A stretch of DNA of 53,407 bases from Chloroflexota bacterium. GTDB taxonomy: Bacteria; Chloroflexota; Limnocylindria; Limnocylindrales; CSP1-4. The stretch is taken from the NCBI GenBank assembly GCA_034666725.1, contig JAXDLE010000011.1:1-53407 (forward strand), read 5' to 3'. This document shows, piece by piece, positions 15,923-25,605 of the stretch; position 1 is the stretch's first letter; every line of letters starts with the position of its first letter. A program made the position numbers and the translations under genes. The notes beneath the pieces are model-generated. The model ran no database searches. It was not told where the DNA came from and was given only the letters and a program-made list of their open reading frames with translations.

Positions 15923-16717
15923 TCAGGGGCCGCGCCTGCCGAATTCGTCCAGAAGCAGTTGGATCTCACCCACTTTGCGGAACCCGACGCCCTCCAGCAC
16001 GGGCCGGGACATCTGTCCGCCCTGAGTGAATAGCGCGGGCGTGCCGTTACGAACGGCCTCATCCCAGCGAGCGTTCAGCAGCGCCCGATAGCCGCCGCGA
16101 CCGCGAGCGCTCGGAAGGGTCGCGCCACCGAAGAGCAGCAGGCCGTGCTCGGTGATTGCCGAGGTGCCGGCCGAGACCATCTCCCCGTCGATCCAGGCGG
16201 CGTGCATCACGTTCACGGTTTCGCGCCAGCGCTCTTCGAATTTGGAGCGCGCCTCGGCGATCTCGTCCTCCGTTGATTCGAACGCCTTCATCTGAACCTC
16301 GTTCGCTGTCACGTACTCGTCGAAGGTCTCGAGCCGCCGCGCGACCACTCCGGGCGGCGGCGCCGGTGGCGGCTGAGTCAGGACGAGGGCTGCCGCGACT
16401 GGATCCTTGTCGCGGATCAGTCCCAGTGCGAGCAAGCGATCGACGAGGTCATTCGGAGTCGCTTTGCTCCCGACTTCCCACTGGGTCGACTCACGGCCGC
16501 GCTGGCGCAGCAGGCCGCGAACCTCCTCGACGGCCGTCTCAACCTGGTCTGCCGCCAACCGTTGACGCTGCACGGTGTTCCACTTGGAGCCGCCCGCGCC
16601 AATCCACAGGCTGTATCGGTCGTTTTCGATCAGCTCGTCGCGCGGTCCGAGCGGCGCGAACGAATTCGGGTACTCGGCGATCTCGCGCAGCAGCTCGTCG
16701 TCATCGGACAGCGTCAC
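15923..16717 (-). CDS. GNAT family N-acetyltransferase
   Basis: ORF trimmed to GTG 16717, which overlaps the stop of the upstream giant gene (GTGA). The C-terminal 'LLLFGGATLPSARGRGGYRALLNARWDEAVRNGTPALFTQGGQMSRPVLEGVGFRKVG' is an acetyl-CoA-binding (R/Q-x-x-G-x-G/A) region. Confidence 0.7.
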   Translation of the reverse strand: MTLSDDDELLREIAEYPNSFAPLGPRDELIENDRYSLWIGAGGSKWNTVQRQRLAADQVETAVEEVRGLLRQRGRESTQWEVGSKATPNDLVDRLLALGLIRDKDPVAAALVLTQPPPAPPPGVVARRLETFDEYVTANEVQMKAFESTEDEIAEARSKFEERWRETVNVMHAAWIDGEMVSAGTSAITEHGLLLFGGATLPSARGRGGYRALLNARWDEAVRNGTPALFTQGGQMSRPVLEGVGFRKVGEIQLLLDEFGRRGP

Positions 16718-19700
16718 GCCGCCTTCGAGGCCCAAACTTCGGCGGCCCGGGCCGCGCGCGTTTCGATGTAGGCCAGGATGGGCGATTGAGCGCCGTAACG
16801 ACGGTTGACGGCTCGGGCCTTTTCGAGCCATTCCTCAGCTTCCGCGGCGCGTCCGTGGCGCAGGAGGAACTCGCCCAACGTCATTTGTTCTTCCCAGATC
16901 GCAAAGGCGACCCGTTCGGTGATGGCCGCTGCATCGCGGAGCAGCCGCTCGGCCTCCGCGTCGTTGCCCTGCGCCTCGCGCAGCATGCCCAGGACCATGC
17001 CGGTGGTCGCGATAGTGACCAGGTCATCCTTCGAGGTGATCCGAACAGCCTCATCGATGACCGGCTCCGCCTCAGCCAGGCGTCCCATCTCGATGAGGAT
17101 TTGCGCTATTCGCCGCATTGCCTCCGGCTTGTAGCCGACGTGCCCGGCCACGTGTTCTAACGCCTGCCGGTGAAGTGCCAAGGCCGCCTCTTTGTCATCG
17201 CGCTTCATCGCGATTTCACCCAGATGGCTCAGCGTCACGTACTGCTCCTCGTGGGCGCCGAATTCTTCGAGCGTTGGCAACGCGGACCTCAGCGCCCGCT
17301 CGGACACGGCCGTGTCAACGCGTTGGTTGTAACTGCCGAATATGCGCTCGATCTGCGCCTGGATGAGCCGGCTGTTTCCCTTGGCGGCGAGAGCGCGCGC
17401 TTCCGCCAGCAGCTGGCCGACGTCTCCGCCTTCGGTGCCTAGCCCCCTCGCGCGCACCAGTTGGCTCACGGCCTCCGCCTCTTGGCTCGCCCAGCCATGG
17501 GTACGGGCGATTTCACGTTGCTCGGACCAGAACTTGTTTGCCTCGACGAGGTCGCCGCGCCACCAGCCGCGGTAGCCGAGCAGCTGAAGCACACCGAGCA
17601 GGTGCAAATCATCGCCCGATGCCTCGAGCAGTTTCCGGGCGCGGTCGAGCTCGGCGAATGCCCCTGCCGTATCGGACCTCTCGGGGCTGATCCATTGGTC
17701 ACCCGCCTTGGCTAGGACAGCGCGCCCTTCGATGTCACTCCGGCCGAGCGCATGTGCGTCGATCTCGAGCTGTGCCGCGAGCTCGCCGGACCGCCGGTAC
17801 TGGCTCTGGCGACGAAGCGAGTCGATGTGCAGCCACCGAATCTCGAGGCGCTGCTCGCCGGGCTCAGGATCGAGTGCCAGCGCTCGTTCAGTGAAGCTAA
17901 GCGCCGCGCGGGAGTCGTCACGTGCCTTGGCTTTCTGACCGCTGGCAAACAGGGCATCGACGGCCCGCTGCTTGTCGGCCGGATCCGCTCGTCCGGTCAG
18001 CTCCAACTGCAGGAGTACCCGCTGCTCGAGGTGATAGGCCTCGATCTCGACGAATTCATCGATGCGCGCGCCGGCCCAGGCGCGAAGCCAATCGGCGACG
18101 GCGCCGTGCAGCTCCGCGCGTTGCGCCTTGGGCAGCGTCGCGTAGGCAACATCGCGAATCAGGATGTGGCGGAAGCGGAACGTGGGCTCGGCTGCAGTGC
18201 GCTCGTCCGTGATCAGGTCGCGCAGCACGGCATCCTCGAGGTGGCGCGCAAGTAGGCCGGCGCCCTCTGTTGGTGAGATGGCCGCCACGGCTGATCGCTG
18301 GAAGATCCGACCGACTACCGACGCTGCCTGGAGGACCTTCCGCTCCGGTGCAGGCAACGTGTCGAGACGTGCGCGGATCAGGGCTTCGACGCTCTCTGGG
18401 ACCCGGACCGACGATGCCGCCTGGTTTGCGACCCAGTGATCGCCCTTGCGCTCGACCACGCCCTCCTCGATGAGCATGCGAACGACCTCCTCGACGAAGA
18501 GAGGGTTGCCCTCGGCACGGTCCAGGATGCGCTGCCGCAATTCCGGCGGGAGGTCGTCAACGGTGAGGAGTGCACCCAGCAGCGTGCGCGACTCGGCTTC
18601 AGTGAGCGGCTCGAGTGAGATGCGGCTGCCTTCCATGCGTCCAGCGCCCCAAGCCGGTCGCGTGTCGATCAGCTCGGGCCGTGACGGGCAGACCACGAGC
18701 AGCGGCGCGTCGCGGGTCCATGTGACGAGGTACTCGATGAGGTCGAGGAGGGGCGGCTCGGCCCAGTGGATGTCCTCGAAGACGAGCATCAGCGGCCCGC
18801 GCTCGCGCACGAGATGCTCGACCAGCGCGCGAAAGCCCCAAGCGATCTCGCGATCTCCGCCGGTGCCCGTCTCTCCGGCGCCCGGCCCGGATGGACCAGT
18901 CGCTCCCACTATTAGCGCGAGCCGATCTGCAACGCCCGGATCGGGACTGACGTCCGCCAGCCGAGTCGCCGCTTCGTCGGGTGACATTTGCGGCGTGATC
19001 CCGCAGAGCTCACGCACGATGTCCGCGACAGGCCAATAGGTGATGCCGTCGCCGTAGGGCAGGCACCGGCCCTTGACCGTCGACCAACCTTCGGCGGCAA
19101 GGCGTGCGGAGGCCTCGCGCACGAGCCGGCTCTTGCCCACACCGGGCACACCGAGGATCGTGAACAGCGTGGCCTTGTTCTCCTGTTTTGCGCGACGCGC
19201 GGCGTCCAGAAGAAGATTGAGTTCCTCGTCCCGGCCGGTCAGCGGCGCTTCCAGGCCGGGCACGCCGCGCGGCCGGCCAACGTCGCTCGCGATGTCCTTC
19301 ACGCGCCAGCCCTCGAGATTCTGGTCGCGACCCTTGAGCGCGAGGTCGCCCATCGACTCGGCCGCGACCAGATCGCGAACCTGTTCCCACACTGTTGGGC
19401 CGATCACGATCTCACCGGGCTCTGCCTGCTGCTCCAGCCGGGCGGCGATGTTCATCGTGTCGCCAGTGGCCATCGTGGCGCCACCAAACGGATCGCCCAC
19501 CACGACCTCGCCGGACTCAATTCCGATACGCGCCTGGAGCGCAATGCCATGACGTTCCTGGGTGTCCACCGCGACCGCCGCGATGCCGTCGCGGATCGCT
19601 AGCGCAGCTCGGACGGCGCGTTCGGGATCATCCTCGTGTGCCTGCGGTAGGCCGAAGACAGCCATGACCGCGTCCCCACTGAACTTCTCGACGGTCCCGC

Positions 19701-19932
19701 CGCGACTCTCGATCTGCGCCGTCGCCAGCTCGAAGAAGCGTCCGACCATGCCGCGAACAACTTCCGGATCCAGCTTTTCGCCTATTGCCGTGGAACGGGC
19801 GAGGTCAGCGAAGAGCGCGGTAACGACCCGTCGTTCCTGGATGCCGACTCGGGTGACGAGGCTATTGCCACAGCTGTTGCAGAAGCGGGCGTCAGGCGCG
19901 TTCGGAGTTCCGCACCGCGGGCAATCGATCAC
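16714..19932 (-). CDS. Zn-ribbon / class III nucleotide cyclase / STAND (AAA_16-type) ATPase / TPR multidomain protein
   Basis: ORF 16714..20211 trimmed to GTG 19932, 10 nt after the methyltransferase stop. It contains 'CPRCGTPNAPDARFCNSCG'. The cyclase core is 'VVTALFADLARST...FSGDAVMAVFG...ATGDTMNIAARL'. The Walker A motif is 'GVPGVGKSRL'. The C-terminal half is a long helical/TPR region. Confidence 0.8.
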   Translation of the reverse strand: MIDCPRCGTPNAPDARFCNSCGNSLVTRVGIQERRVVTALFADLARSTAIGEKLDPEVVRGMVGRFFELATAQIESRGGTVEKFSGDAVMAVFGLPQAHEDDPERAVRAALAIRDGIAAVAVDTQERHGIALQARIGIESGEVVVGDPFGGATMATGDTMNIAARLEQQAEPGEIVIGPTVWEQVRDLVAAESMGDLALKGRDQNLEGWRVKDIASDVGRPRGVPGLEAPLTGRDEELNLLLDAARRAKQENKATLFTILGVPGVGKSRLVREASARLAAEGWSTVKGRCLPYGDGITYWPVADIVRELCGITPQMSPDEAATRLADVSPDPGVADRLALIVGATGPSGPGAGETGTGGDREIAWGFRALVEHLVRERGPLMLVFEDIHWAEPPLLDLIEYLVTWTRDAPLLVVCPSRPELIDTRPAWGAGRMEGSRISLEPLTEAESRTLLGALLTVDDLPPELRQRILDRAEGNPLFVEEVVRMLIEEGVVERKGDHWVANQAASSVRVPESVEALIRARLDTLPAPERKVLQAASVVGRIFQRSAVAAISPTEGAGLLARHLEDAVLRDLITDERTAAEPTFRFRHILIRDVAYATLPKAQRAELHGAVADWLRAWAGARIDEFVEIEAYHLEQRVLLQLELTGRADPADKQRAVDALFASGQKAKARDDSRAALSFTERALALDPEPGEQRLEIRWLHIDSLRRQSQYRRSGELAAQLEIDAHALGRSDIEGRAVLAKAGDQWISPERSDTAGAFAELDRARKLLEASGDDLHLLGVLQLLGYRGWWRGDLVEANKFWSEQREIARTHGWASQEAEAVSQLVRARGLGTEGGDVGQLLAEARALAAKGNSRLIQAQIERIFGSYNQRVDTAVSERALRSALPTLEEFGAHEEQYVTLSHLGEIAMKRDDKEAALALHRQALEHVAGHVGYKPEAMRRIAQILIEMGRLAEAEPVIDEAVRITSKDDLVTIATTGMVLGMLREAQGNDAEAERLLRDAAAITERVAFAIWEEQMTLGEFLLRHGRAAEAEEWLEKARAVNRRYGAQSPILAYIETRAARAAEVWASKAA

Positions 19933-19942
19933 GGCGCCAATG

Positions 19943-20668
19943 CTATGCGGGCGGACCCGTGGCGGGCCGGTCCCAGACGGCGGTGTACCAGAGGAGCGTG
20001 GAGTCGGAGCTGCGCCGGTGGAAACCCTCGGCCGCCAGGCGCCGCTCGATGTCGTCGACGCTGTGGACGTAGCCGGGACAGTCGTCCTTCCGGACGCGCG
20101 TGAGCAGCGACTCGAAGCCCCACATGATCTTGTTGGCGAGACCGCGCACGCCGCGTGAAGTGGGCACGCTGAATGCGACTCGCGCCGGCTTTGCGGACAG
20201 TGCCGCGCCAATGAGCCGGGGCATATCCGGGTAGCAGCAGATCGCGCGGTCGAGCAGCACCCAGTCGTGCGCGGCGTGGGTCACGCGGGCGCCGTCGGCA
20301 ATCTCGAAATGGGCACGTTCGGCTACGCCTGCGTCTGCCGCGCGGCGCTGGGCAGTCGCGATCGCCTCCGGGGAGAGGTCGACCCCATCCGCGGCACTGG
20401 CGCCGCGCGTCAGCAGTGTCACCAGGAGGGCCGCGCTGCCGCAGCCAAGTTCGAGGATCGTCGGCCGCGCGTCCGCGACATCGTCCAGCTGCGCCAACAG
20501 CCGCTCCGAGACGGCGACCATGGACGGAAGCACGGTCCCGTCTTCTGTGCGCTGGCGGGTCATGTGGTCGAAGTGTGCTGGGATGCGCGGGTCGGGGCAG
20601 CAGTCGGCAGCGGCCGGCCTGGCGGGAGAGTCAGGGGAGTCGGTCCTGTTGGGCCCGTCGGCTAGCAT
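19943..20668 (-). CDS. Class I SAM-dependent methyltransferase
   Basis: Motif I is 'ILELGCGSAAL' and an acidic post-I motif 'GVDLSPEAI' follows. Overall it is about 240 aa. The start could be an internal ATG. Confidence 0.7.
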   Translation of the reverse strand: MLADGPNRTDSPDSPARPAAADCCPDPRIPAHFDHMTRQRTEDGTVLPSMVAVSERLLAQLDDVADARPTILELGCGSAALLVTLLTRGASAADGVDLSPEAIATAQRRAADAGVAERAHFEIADGARVTHAAHDWVLLDRAICCYPDMPRLIGAALSAKPARVAFSVPTSRGVRGLANKIMWGFESLLTRVRKDDCPGYVHSVDDIERRLAAEGFHRRSSDSTLLWYTAVWDRPATGPPA

Positions 20669-20703
20669 CGGGACCGAGCCTACAACTTCGCCAGGAGGAC
20701 CCG

Positions 20704-21093
20704 ATGGGCGTCTACGTCAAGAGCCTCGACAAGCCCGAGGCCACCGAGGAATACGACGGCGACGGTGTCGCGGAGGCCGTCCAGATCGGTGAGTCTGTCG
20801 TGTGGCGCTCGCGCCTCAAGCCGGGCTGGTCGTGGGCCAAGAACGCGGAACCAAGGATGGGCGTGCCCTTCTGCCCCGCATTCCATCGCGAGTACGTGGT
20901 CAGCGGGCGGATCCTCTATCGGCTCGAAGACGGCAGCTCTGTGGAGGCAAAGGCCGGCGACTACCTGGTGATCGAGCCCGGGCACGCCGCCGAGGTGCTG
21001 GGCGATGAGGACTGCGTCACCCTCGACTGGTACGGGCCGGATCCGGACGCTGACCTTGAGGAAAGTCACGAGGGCCACGACCATCCGCGCTGA
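20704..21093 (+). CDS. Cupin domain protein
   Basis: ORF 20416..21093 trimmed to ATG 20704, 6 nt after AGGAGG. It is a small beta-barrel-type sequence, 'HREYVVSGRILYRLEDGSSVEAKAGDYLVIEPGH'. Confidence 0.65.
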   Translation: MGVYVKSLDKPEATEEYDGDGVAEAVQIGESVVWRSRLKPGWSWAKNAEPRMGVPFCPAFHREYVVSGRILYRLEDGSSVEAKAGDYLVIEPGHAAEVLGDEDCVTLDWYGPDPDADLEESHEGHDHPR

Positions 21094-21109
21094 CGACGGG
21101 GGCCGACGC

Positions 21110-22132
21110 ATGAGCGCGATCGAAGCTCACGGCGGGTCTGATGTCGCGCTGTCAGTCCGCGACCTGCGCAAGAGCTATGGCTCGCGCCGCGCCCTGGACG
21201 GTCTCGATCTGACGGTGCCGGCTGGCGTCGTCTACGGCTTCCTCGGCCCCAACGGCGCCGGCAAGACGACGACCATGCGGTTGCTGACGGGGCTGCTTCA
21301 CGCGGACGCGGGCACGATCGAGATACTCGGCAAGCCATACACCCGGCGCGAGCGCCACATCCTGTTCGACGTCGGTGCTTTGGTCGAGAACCCATCCTTC
21401 TATCCATACCTCTCGGCGCGCGCGAACCTGCGTGAGCTCGCCGCGAGCGGCCCGCCTGCGAACGCGCGCCGGATCGAGGAGGTGCTCGAGCTGGTCGGGC
21501 TGCACGACCGCGCAACGGAGCCCGTGTCGCGCTTCTCACTGGGCATGAAGCAGCGCCTTGGGATCGCCGCCGCGCTGCTCAACGACCCTCAACTTTTGCT
21601 GCTCGATGAGCCGTCCAACGGACTCGACCCGGCCGGAATCGCGGCTATGCGCGACCTGCTGCGCCACCTGGCGTCGATCGGCAAGACCGTCTTCGTCTCG
21701 AGCCATCTATTGGGCGAGGTGCGCCAGATGGCGGACATGGTCGGGATCATCGCGGCCGGCAAGATGGTGCGCGAAGGGCCAATGAGCGAGCTGCTCGGCA
21801 GCGAGGGCGTCGTTCGCGTCCGGGTGCGACCCGAGGACGTGGCGCGCGCGCTTGAGTTGCTTACGCCCTTTGGCCCGTCTGAATCATCTGAGCCCGAGGC
21901 CGGCTGGGTGGCCGTCACGATCGCCCCCGATTCGAGCGAACAGGTCAGCAAGGCGCTTGCCGACGGCGGCATCTACCCGTCCGAACTTCTGCTCGGAAGC
22001 GATCTCGAGGAGCTATTCCTGAAGCTCACCCAGGAGTCCGTTCACATGGATCCCGACGGCAGCTTCGCGCGCATCGACACGGCAGGCGCGGGTCCGCAGA
22101 CGCCCGCCGCCGGGCCGCAGGTCCAACCATGA
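21110..22132 (+). CDS. ABC transporter ATP-binding protein (ABC-2/DrrA-like)
   Basis: ATG 21110. The Walker A motif is GPNGAGKTT, the signature is 'FSLGMKQRL' and the Walker B motif is 'LLLLDEPSNGLD'. Confidence 0.9.
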   Translation: MSAIEAHGGSDVALSVRDLRKSYGSRRALDGLDLTVPAGVVYGFLGPNGAGKTTTMRLLTGLLHADAGTIEILGKPYTRRERHILFDVGALVENPSFYPYLSARANLRELAASGPPANARRIEEVLELVGLHDRATEPVSRFSLGMKQRLGIAAALLNDPQLLLLDEPSNGLDPAGIAAMRDLLRHLASIGKTVFVSSHLLGEVRQMADMVGIIAAGKMVREGPMSELLGSEGVVRVRVRPEDVARALELLTPFGPSESSEPEAGWVAVTIAPDSSEQVSKALADGGIYPSELLLGSDLEELFLKLTQESVHMDPDGSFARIDTAGAGPQTPAAGPQVQP

Positions 22133-22944
22133 AGCTCTTCTTGTCAGGCGTGCGCAAGCTCCGTCGGCGCGCCGCGACCATCGTGACGTTCGGTCTGCTC
22201 GGCGGGCTGCTGACGCTCATCATCATCGCGGTCGCGACCACACGCGGCGGGCCGGGCGGCGGTGGGGGAGGCGGACCGCGCTTCGATCCAATGCTCCTCG
22301 TCACTTTCCCAGCCGCCTATGAGCTCGTGCTGTCGTTCATCCTCCAGATCGGCGGCCTGTTCGCCCTCATCTTCGGCGCCGCGATCGCCGGCTCCGAGTG
22401 GTCGTGGGGCACGCTCAAGTCCGCGGTCGCCCGGGGCGAGAGCCGCAGCTGGTACATGCTCAGCCTCTTCGCCGCGATCGCGGTCGTCACCACGATCGGC
22501 CTACTCGTCACGTTCCTGATTGGGGTCGCAGCGGCAGTCATAGGTGCCTCAATCGCGGGCATCCCGCTCGACGGCCTTGGCGACCTCGACGCCATCACCG
22601 CGCTCGGCGACCCGCTCGTTCGCGGGCTGATCGGCATCATCACCCAGGGTGCGCTCGGGTTCGCGATTGCCACCCTGGCGCGTAGCCAGCTGGCGGGCAT
22701 CGGCGCCGGCATCGGCCTCTACCTCGGCGGAGCGTTCGCGACGATCTTCCTGCCCGATGTCGTCCGGTACCTGCCTGCGCAACTGGCCAGCGCAGCAGTC
22801 GGTGCATCTACTCGGTTCGGCGGCGGCCAGCCCACCGTGTCCGCGGTCGCGCCAGACGTGGCAGTGGTGCTGCTGATCGTGTGGCTAGTCGGGTCGCTGG
22901 TCGTGGCGCTCGGCTACACCCAACGCGCGGAGATCACCGGCTGA
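22129..22944 (+). CDS. ABC-2 type transporter permease
   Basis: An ATGA overlap links it to the ATPase gene. It has about six hydrophobic helices and a poly-Gly loop (GGPGGGGGGGP) after TM1. Confidence 0.8.
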   Translation: MKLFLSGVRKLRRRAATIVTFGLLGGLLTLIIIAVATTRGGPGGGGGGGPRFDPMLLVTFPAAYELVLSFILQIGGLFALIFGAAIAGSEWSWGTLKSAVARGESRSWYMLSLFAAIAVVTTIGLLVTFLIGVAAAVIGASIAGIPLDGLGDLDAITALGDPLVRGLIGIITQGALGFAIATLARSQLAGIGAGIGLYLGGAFATIFLPDVVRYLPAQLASAAVGASTRFGGGQPTVSAVAPDVAVVLLIVWLVGSLVVALGYTQRAEITG

Positions 22945-23002
22945 CGCTTTGACGGAGGTGATCGGCGAGAGCTGTGCGTCCCTTATCGACTGGTAGCGCG
23001 CG

Positions 23003-24370
23003 TCAGGGCTGGAGGACGCGCCCCATGAAGAGGATCTCTCCGACATCGCCGGCGCGAATGAGGTAGATGAAGGGCCGATCGATCGTGAGGCTGGCCGATG
23101 GATGTCCCGACACCGCCTCCACGACAGCCGCAGTCGCGGCGGCCGCCTCGGTGCCTTCTTCGTCGACTGTGATGTTGGCCTGGTGAACGACGCCTGAAAT
23201 GTAGAGCTGCTCGATGTCGGCGATGCCTGTCAGGTCGGCTGTGCCCTGGTCGAACAGGCGCGACACGCCGAGTTCTTGCATTGCGGGGATCACGTCGAAT
23301 CTGGTATTGGTCTCCCACTTGGGCATGTCTAGGTTCAGCGTGTACACATCCAAAGCACCGTCGACCTCAGCCAGGAAGTCGGAGTTGAGCTTGCCTTCGA
23401 TTTCTGAGTAGTGGCCCTCGTCGGGCACGATCATCAGCATCGACGCCCCGCCGTAGTAGGAAAGGCGTGCTGCCTGCCATCCGTCACCGATGGCATACGA
23501 ACTGGTTCCGCCCCCGCCGTTATGCATCATCGGGACGTCGACGGTCGACCCATCGAGGAGGTGAAAAGGCGCGGGCCCGGTCAGGCTGGGCTTGAAACCG
23601 CCCGTCCAATTCCCTTTGAAGTAGATCGCGTTAACGAGAACGGCACGGGTCAACGTGTCGATGGAATCTTTGTTAAGGAGCTCCTCGATCCGATCGTGCG
23701 TCTTCTCGGCCACCCAGGCGTTTATCGCCACTCGCGCGGCTTCCGGATCGCTCGAAATGTCCAGGGCGTTCATGCCCGCGCCGTAATCCGTGGCGAGGAT
23801 GTCAAGGAAGTCTTCCTGGAACGGGTAACCGGACTGGCCGACAATCGCGTTGGTTGGCTCGAGTGTCAGCGGGACGGCGACTCCATCTGGGTGGTGGCTC
23901 GTTGGATGGAACTGCGACAGCTCGTCGAGCAGCAGTTCCAGGTTGTTACGCGCCGCGTGCCAGTCCTCACCCAGGTCTGTCGCGCCAAGTGCGGCGGCCA
24001 GCTCGGCGGCAGTTTCCTCCCGCGCGCCCGCGAGAACCATCGAAAGAGCCGTGGAAATGGAGTACGGCGACAGGAAGACGTTTCCGTCCTCCATCCCGGC
24101 GAGGTATTGATAAAGATTAAAGGCGAGCGCTTTGTCGCCCGCAACCATCTCGGCTAGAGCGTCGAGACCTTCCTGCGTTGCGGGGCTGCGCGTTACCTGC
24201 GAGCGGAACTCGGCGATCTCGCCCAGTAGCGCAGGAGGCGGTGTCGTGGAGGGATTAGACGTGCCGGTTGCCTGGGGGATGGCGTTGTCAGTCGGGCTGG
24301 GCGCGAGGGGCGCGGTCGTCTGCGAGCAACCAATCGCAAGGATCGCGACTATGACCGCGAGGACCCTCAT
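23003..24370 (-). CDS. Serpin-family protease inhibitor, predicted lipoprotein
   Basis: ORF trimmed to ATG 24370, giving MRVLAVIVAILAIGCS (lipobox L-A-I-G-C). The serpin core includes 'NVFLSPYSISTALSMV'. The reactive-centre hinge is 'EEGTEAAAATA' and the C-terminus has 'DRPFIYLIR'. Confidence 0.85.
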   Translation of the reverse strand: MRVLAVIVAILAIGCSQTTAPLAPSPTDNAIPQATGTSNPSTTPPPALLGEIAEFRSQVTRSPATQEGLDALAEMVAGDKALAFNLYQYLAGMEDGNVFLSPYSISTALSMVLAGAREETAAELAAALGATDLGEDWHAARNNLELLLDELSQFHPTSHHPDGVAVPLTLEPTNAIVGQSGYPFQEDFLDILATDYGAGMNALDISSDPEAARVAINAWVAEKTHDRIEELLNKDSIDTLTRAVLVNAIYFKGNWTGGFKPSLTGPAPFHLLDGSTVDVPMMHNGGGGTSSYAIGDGWQAARLSYYGGASMLMIVPDEGHYSEIEGKLNSDFLAEVDGALDVYTLNLDMPKWETNTRFDVIPAMQELGVSRLFDQGTADLTGIADIEQLYISGVVHQANITVDEEGTEAAAATAAVVEAVSGHPSASLTIDRPFIYLIRAGDVGEILFMGRVLQP

Positions 24371-24416
24371 CGTTGGTTGAGACGAGCGGCGCGGCCGCCG
24401 AGTTCCGTTGTGGCGC

Positions 24417-25346
24417 TCAGATATCGCCGCTGAAGGTGTCGCAGGCCGCGGGGTCGCCCTCGCGGTAGCCCGTCGAAAACCACTTGACGCGCTGGTCCGA
24501 TGAGCCGTGCGTCCAGGTCTCGGGGTTGATGCCGCCGCCCGACTGCGACTGGATGCGGTCATCGCCCACCGCGGACGCCGACTGCAGCGCCTCGTTCACC
24601 TCCGACTCGGTGAGCGGCTCGATGTATTCCGTATCGACTGCGTTCGCGGCCCAGACGCCGGCGTAGCAGTCGGCCTGCAGCTCAACGCGGACGCTCGATG
24701 ATGTCGGGCCGGTCGTGCCGTCCTGCGAGCGCTCGATCACGCCGAGCAAGTCTTGAATGTGGTGGCCGTACTCGTGGGCCACGACGTAGGCCTGGGCGAG
24801 CGGCGCCGACGAGCCGCCGTATTGCTGCTCGAGAACGTTGAAGAAGCCCAGGTCGAGATACACGTAGCCGTCGTTCGGGCAGTAGAAGGGCCCGGTATTA
24901 GAGGTCGCGGGGCCGCAGCCCGTGTCGACCGAGTCGGTGAAGAGCGTCGTCTGCGCCATCTGATACGTCTTGCCCAGTTTGGGCAGCTCCGCGGTCCAGT
25001 AGGCCTGGATGCTGTTGACGTAGCCGACGATGCGGCAGTCCTGGCGGGCGTTCGCATCGGCGCCGGTTTGGCATTCCGTTATCAGCGTCGAGCCGATGGG
25101 GCCCGTCGCCTGGCCACCACTCGGCGCGCCGCCGGTCAGGCCGCCCGACAGGTAGAGCACCACCACGACCACGATGACGAGCACGATGATGCCGCCGATC
25201 CCCCCGCCCATGGGGATGCCACCGCCCGAGCCACCGCCACCCATGCCGGGGAAGCTGAAGTTGCCGGGCAGTCGCCGACCGCCGCCGGCGCCGCGCAGGT
25301 CGCGCACCTGCCCGGGATCGAGCCGCGCGCCAGGTCGAAATGTCAT
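24417..25346 (-). CDS. ypfJ: YpfJ-family neutral zinc metallopeptidase (membrane anchored)
   Basis: A Gly-rich N-terminus is followed by one TM helix. The HExxH motif is '[11 protein letters not shown]', with '[11 protein letters not shown]' downstream. This is the YpfJ/PF04228-like layout. Confidence 0.8.
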   Translation of the reverse strand: MTFRPGARLDPGQVRDLRGAGGGRRLPGNFSFPGMGGGGSGGGIPMGGGIGGIIVLVIVVVVVLYLSGGLTGGAPSGGQATGPIGSTLITECQTGADANARQDCRIVGYVNSIQAYWTAELPKLGKTYQMAQTTLFTDSVDTGCGPATSNTGPFYCPNDGYVYLDLGFFNVLEQQYGGSSAPLAQAYVVAHEYGHHIQDLLGVIERSQDGTTGPTSSSVRVELQADCYAGVWAANAVDTEYIEPLTESEVNEALQSASAVGDDRIQSQSGGGINPETWTHGSSDQRVKWFSTGYREGDPAACDTFSGDI

Positions 25347-25605
25347 GCCCGGATGCTAGTTGCTGGGCCTTGCACCGCCATTGCGGTGGGCCTGCCCGTT
25401 TGTGTCAGATATAGACCCGCAAGTTGCTAACTCAGAACGCCAGCCCGCGCGATGGCACTTCTACCCGATTCGGGCTCATACAAACCGCCTCACGGTTATC
25501 TGATGACGAATCGGGCCCCATTCTGCGTTACCAACCCGCCCATCTCGATTAGGCCGTTGACCCGGCCGATACGCTCCGGTCCTGCAGGGGAGGGACCGAC
25601 CCTAT

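Noticed and set aside
16156-17160. 334-aa plus-strand ORF across the GNAT / STAND-TPR junction
   Set aside because: It is Arg/Ser/Pro-rich nonsense-like sequence that overlaps two well-supported minus-strand genes.
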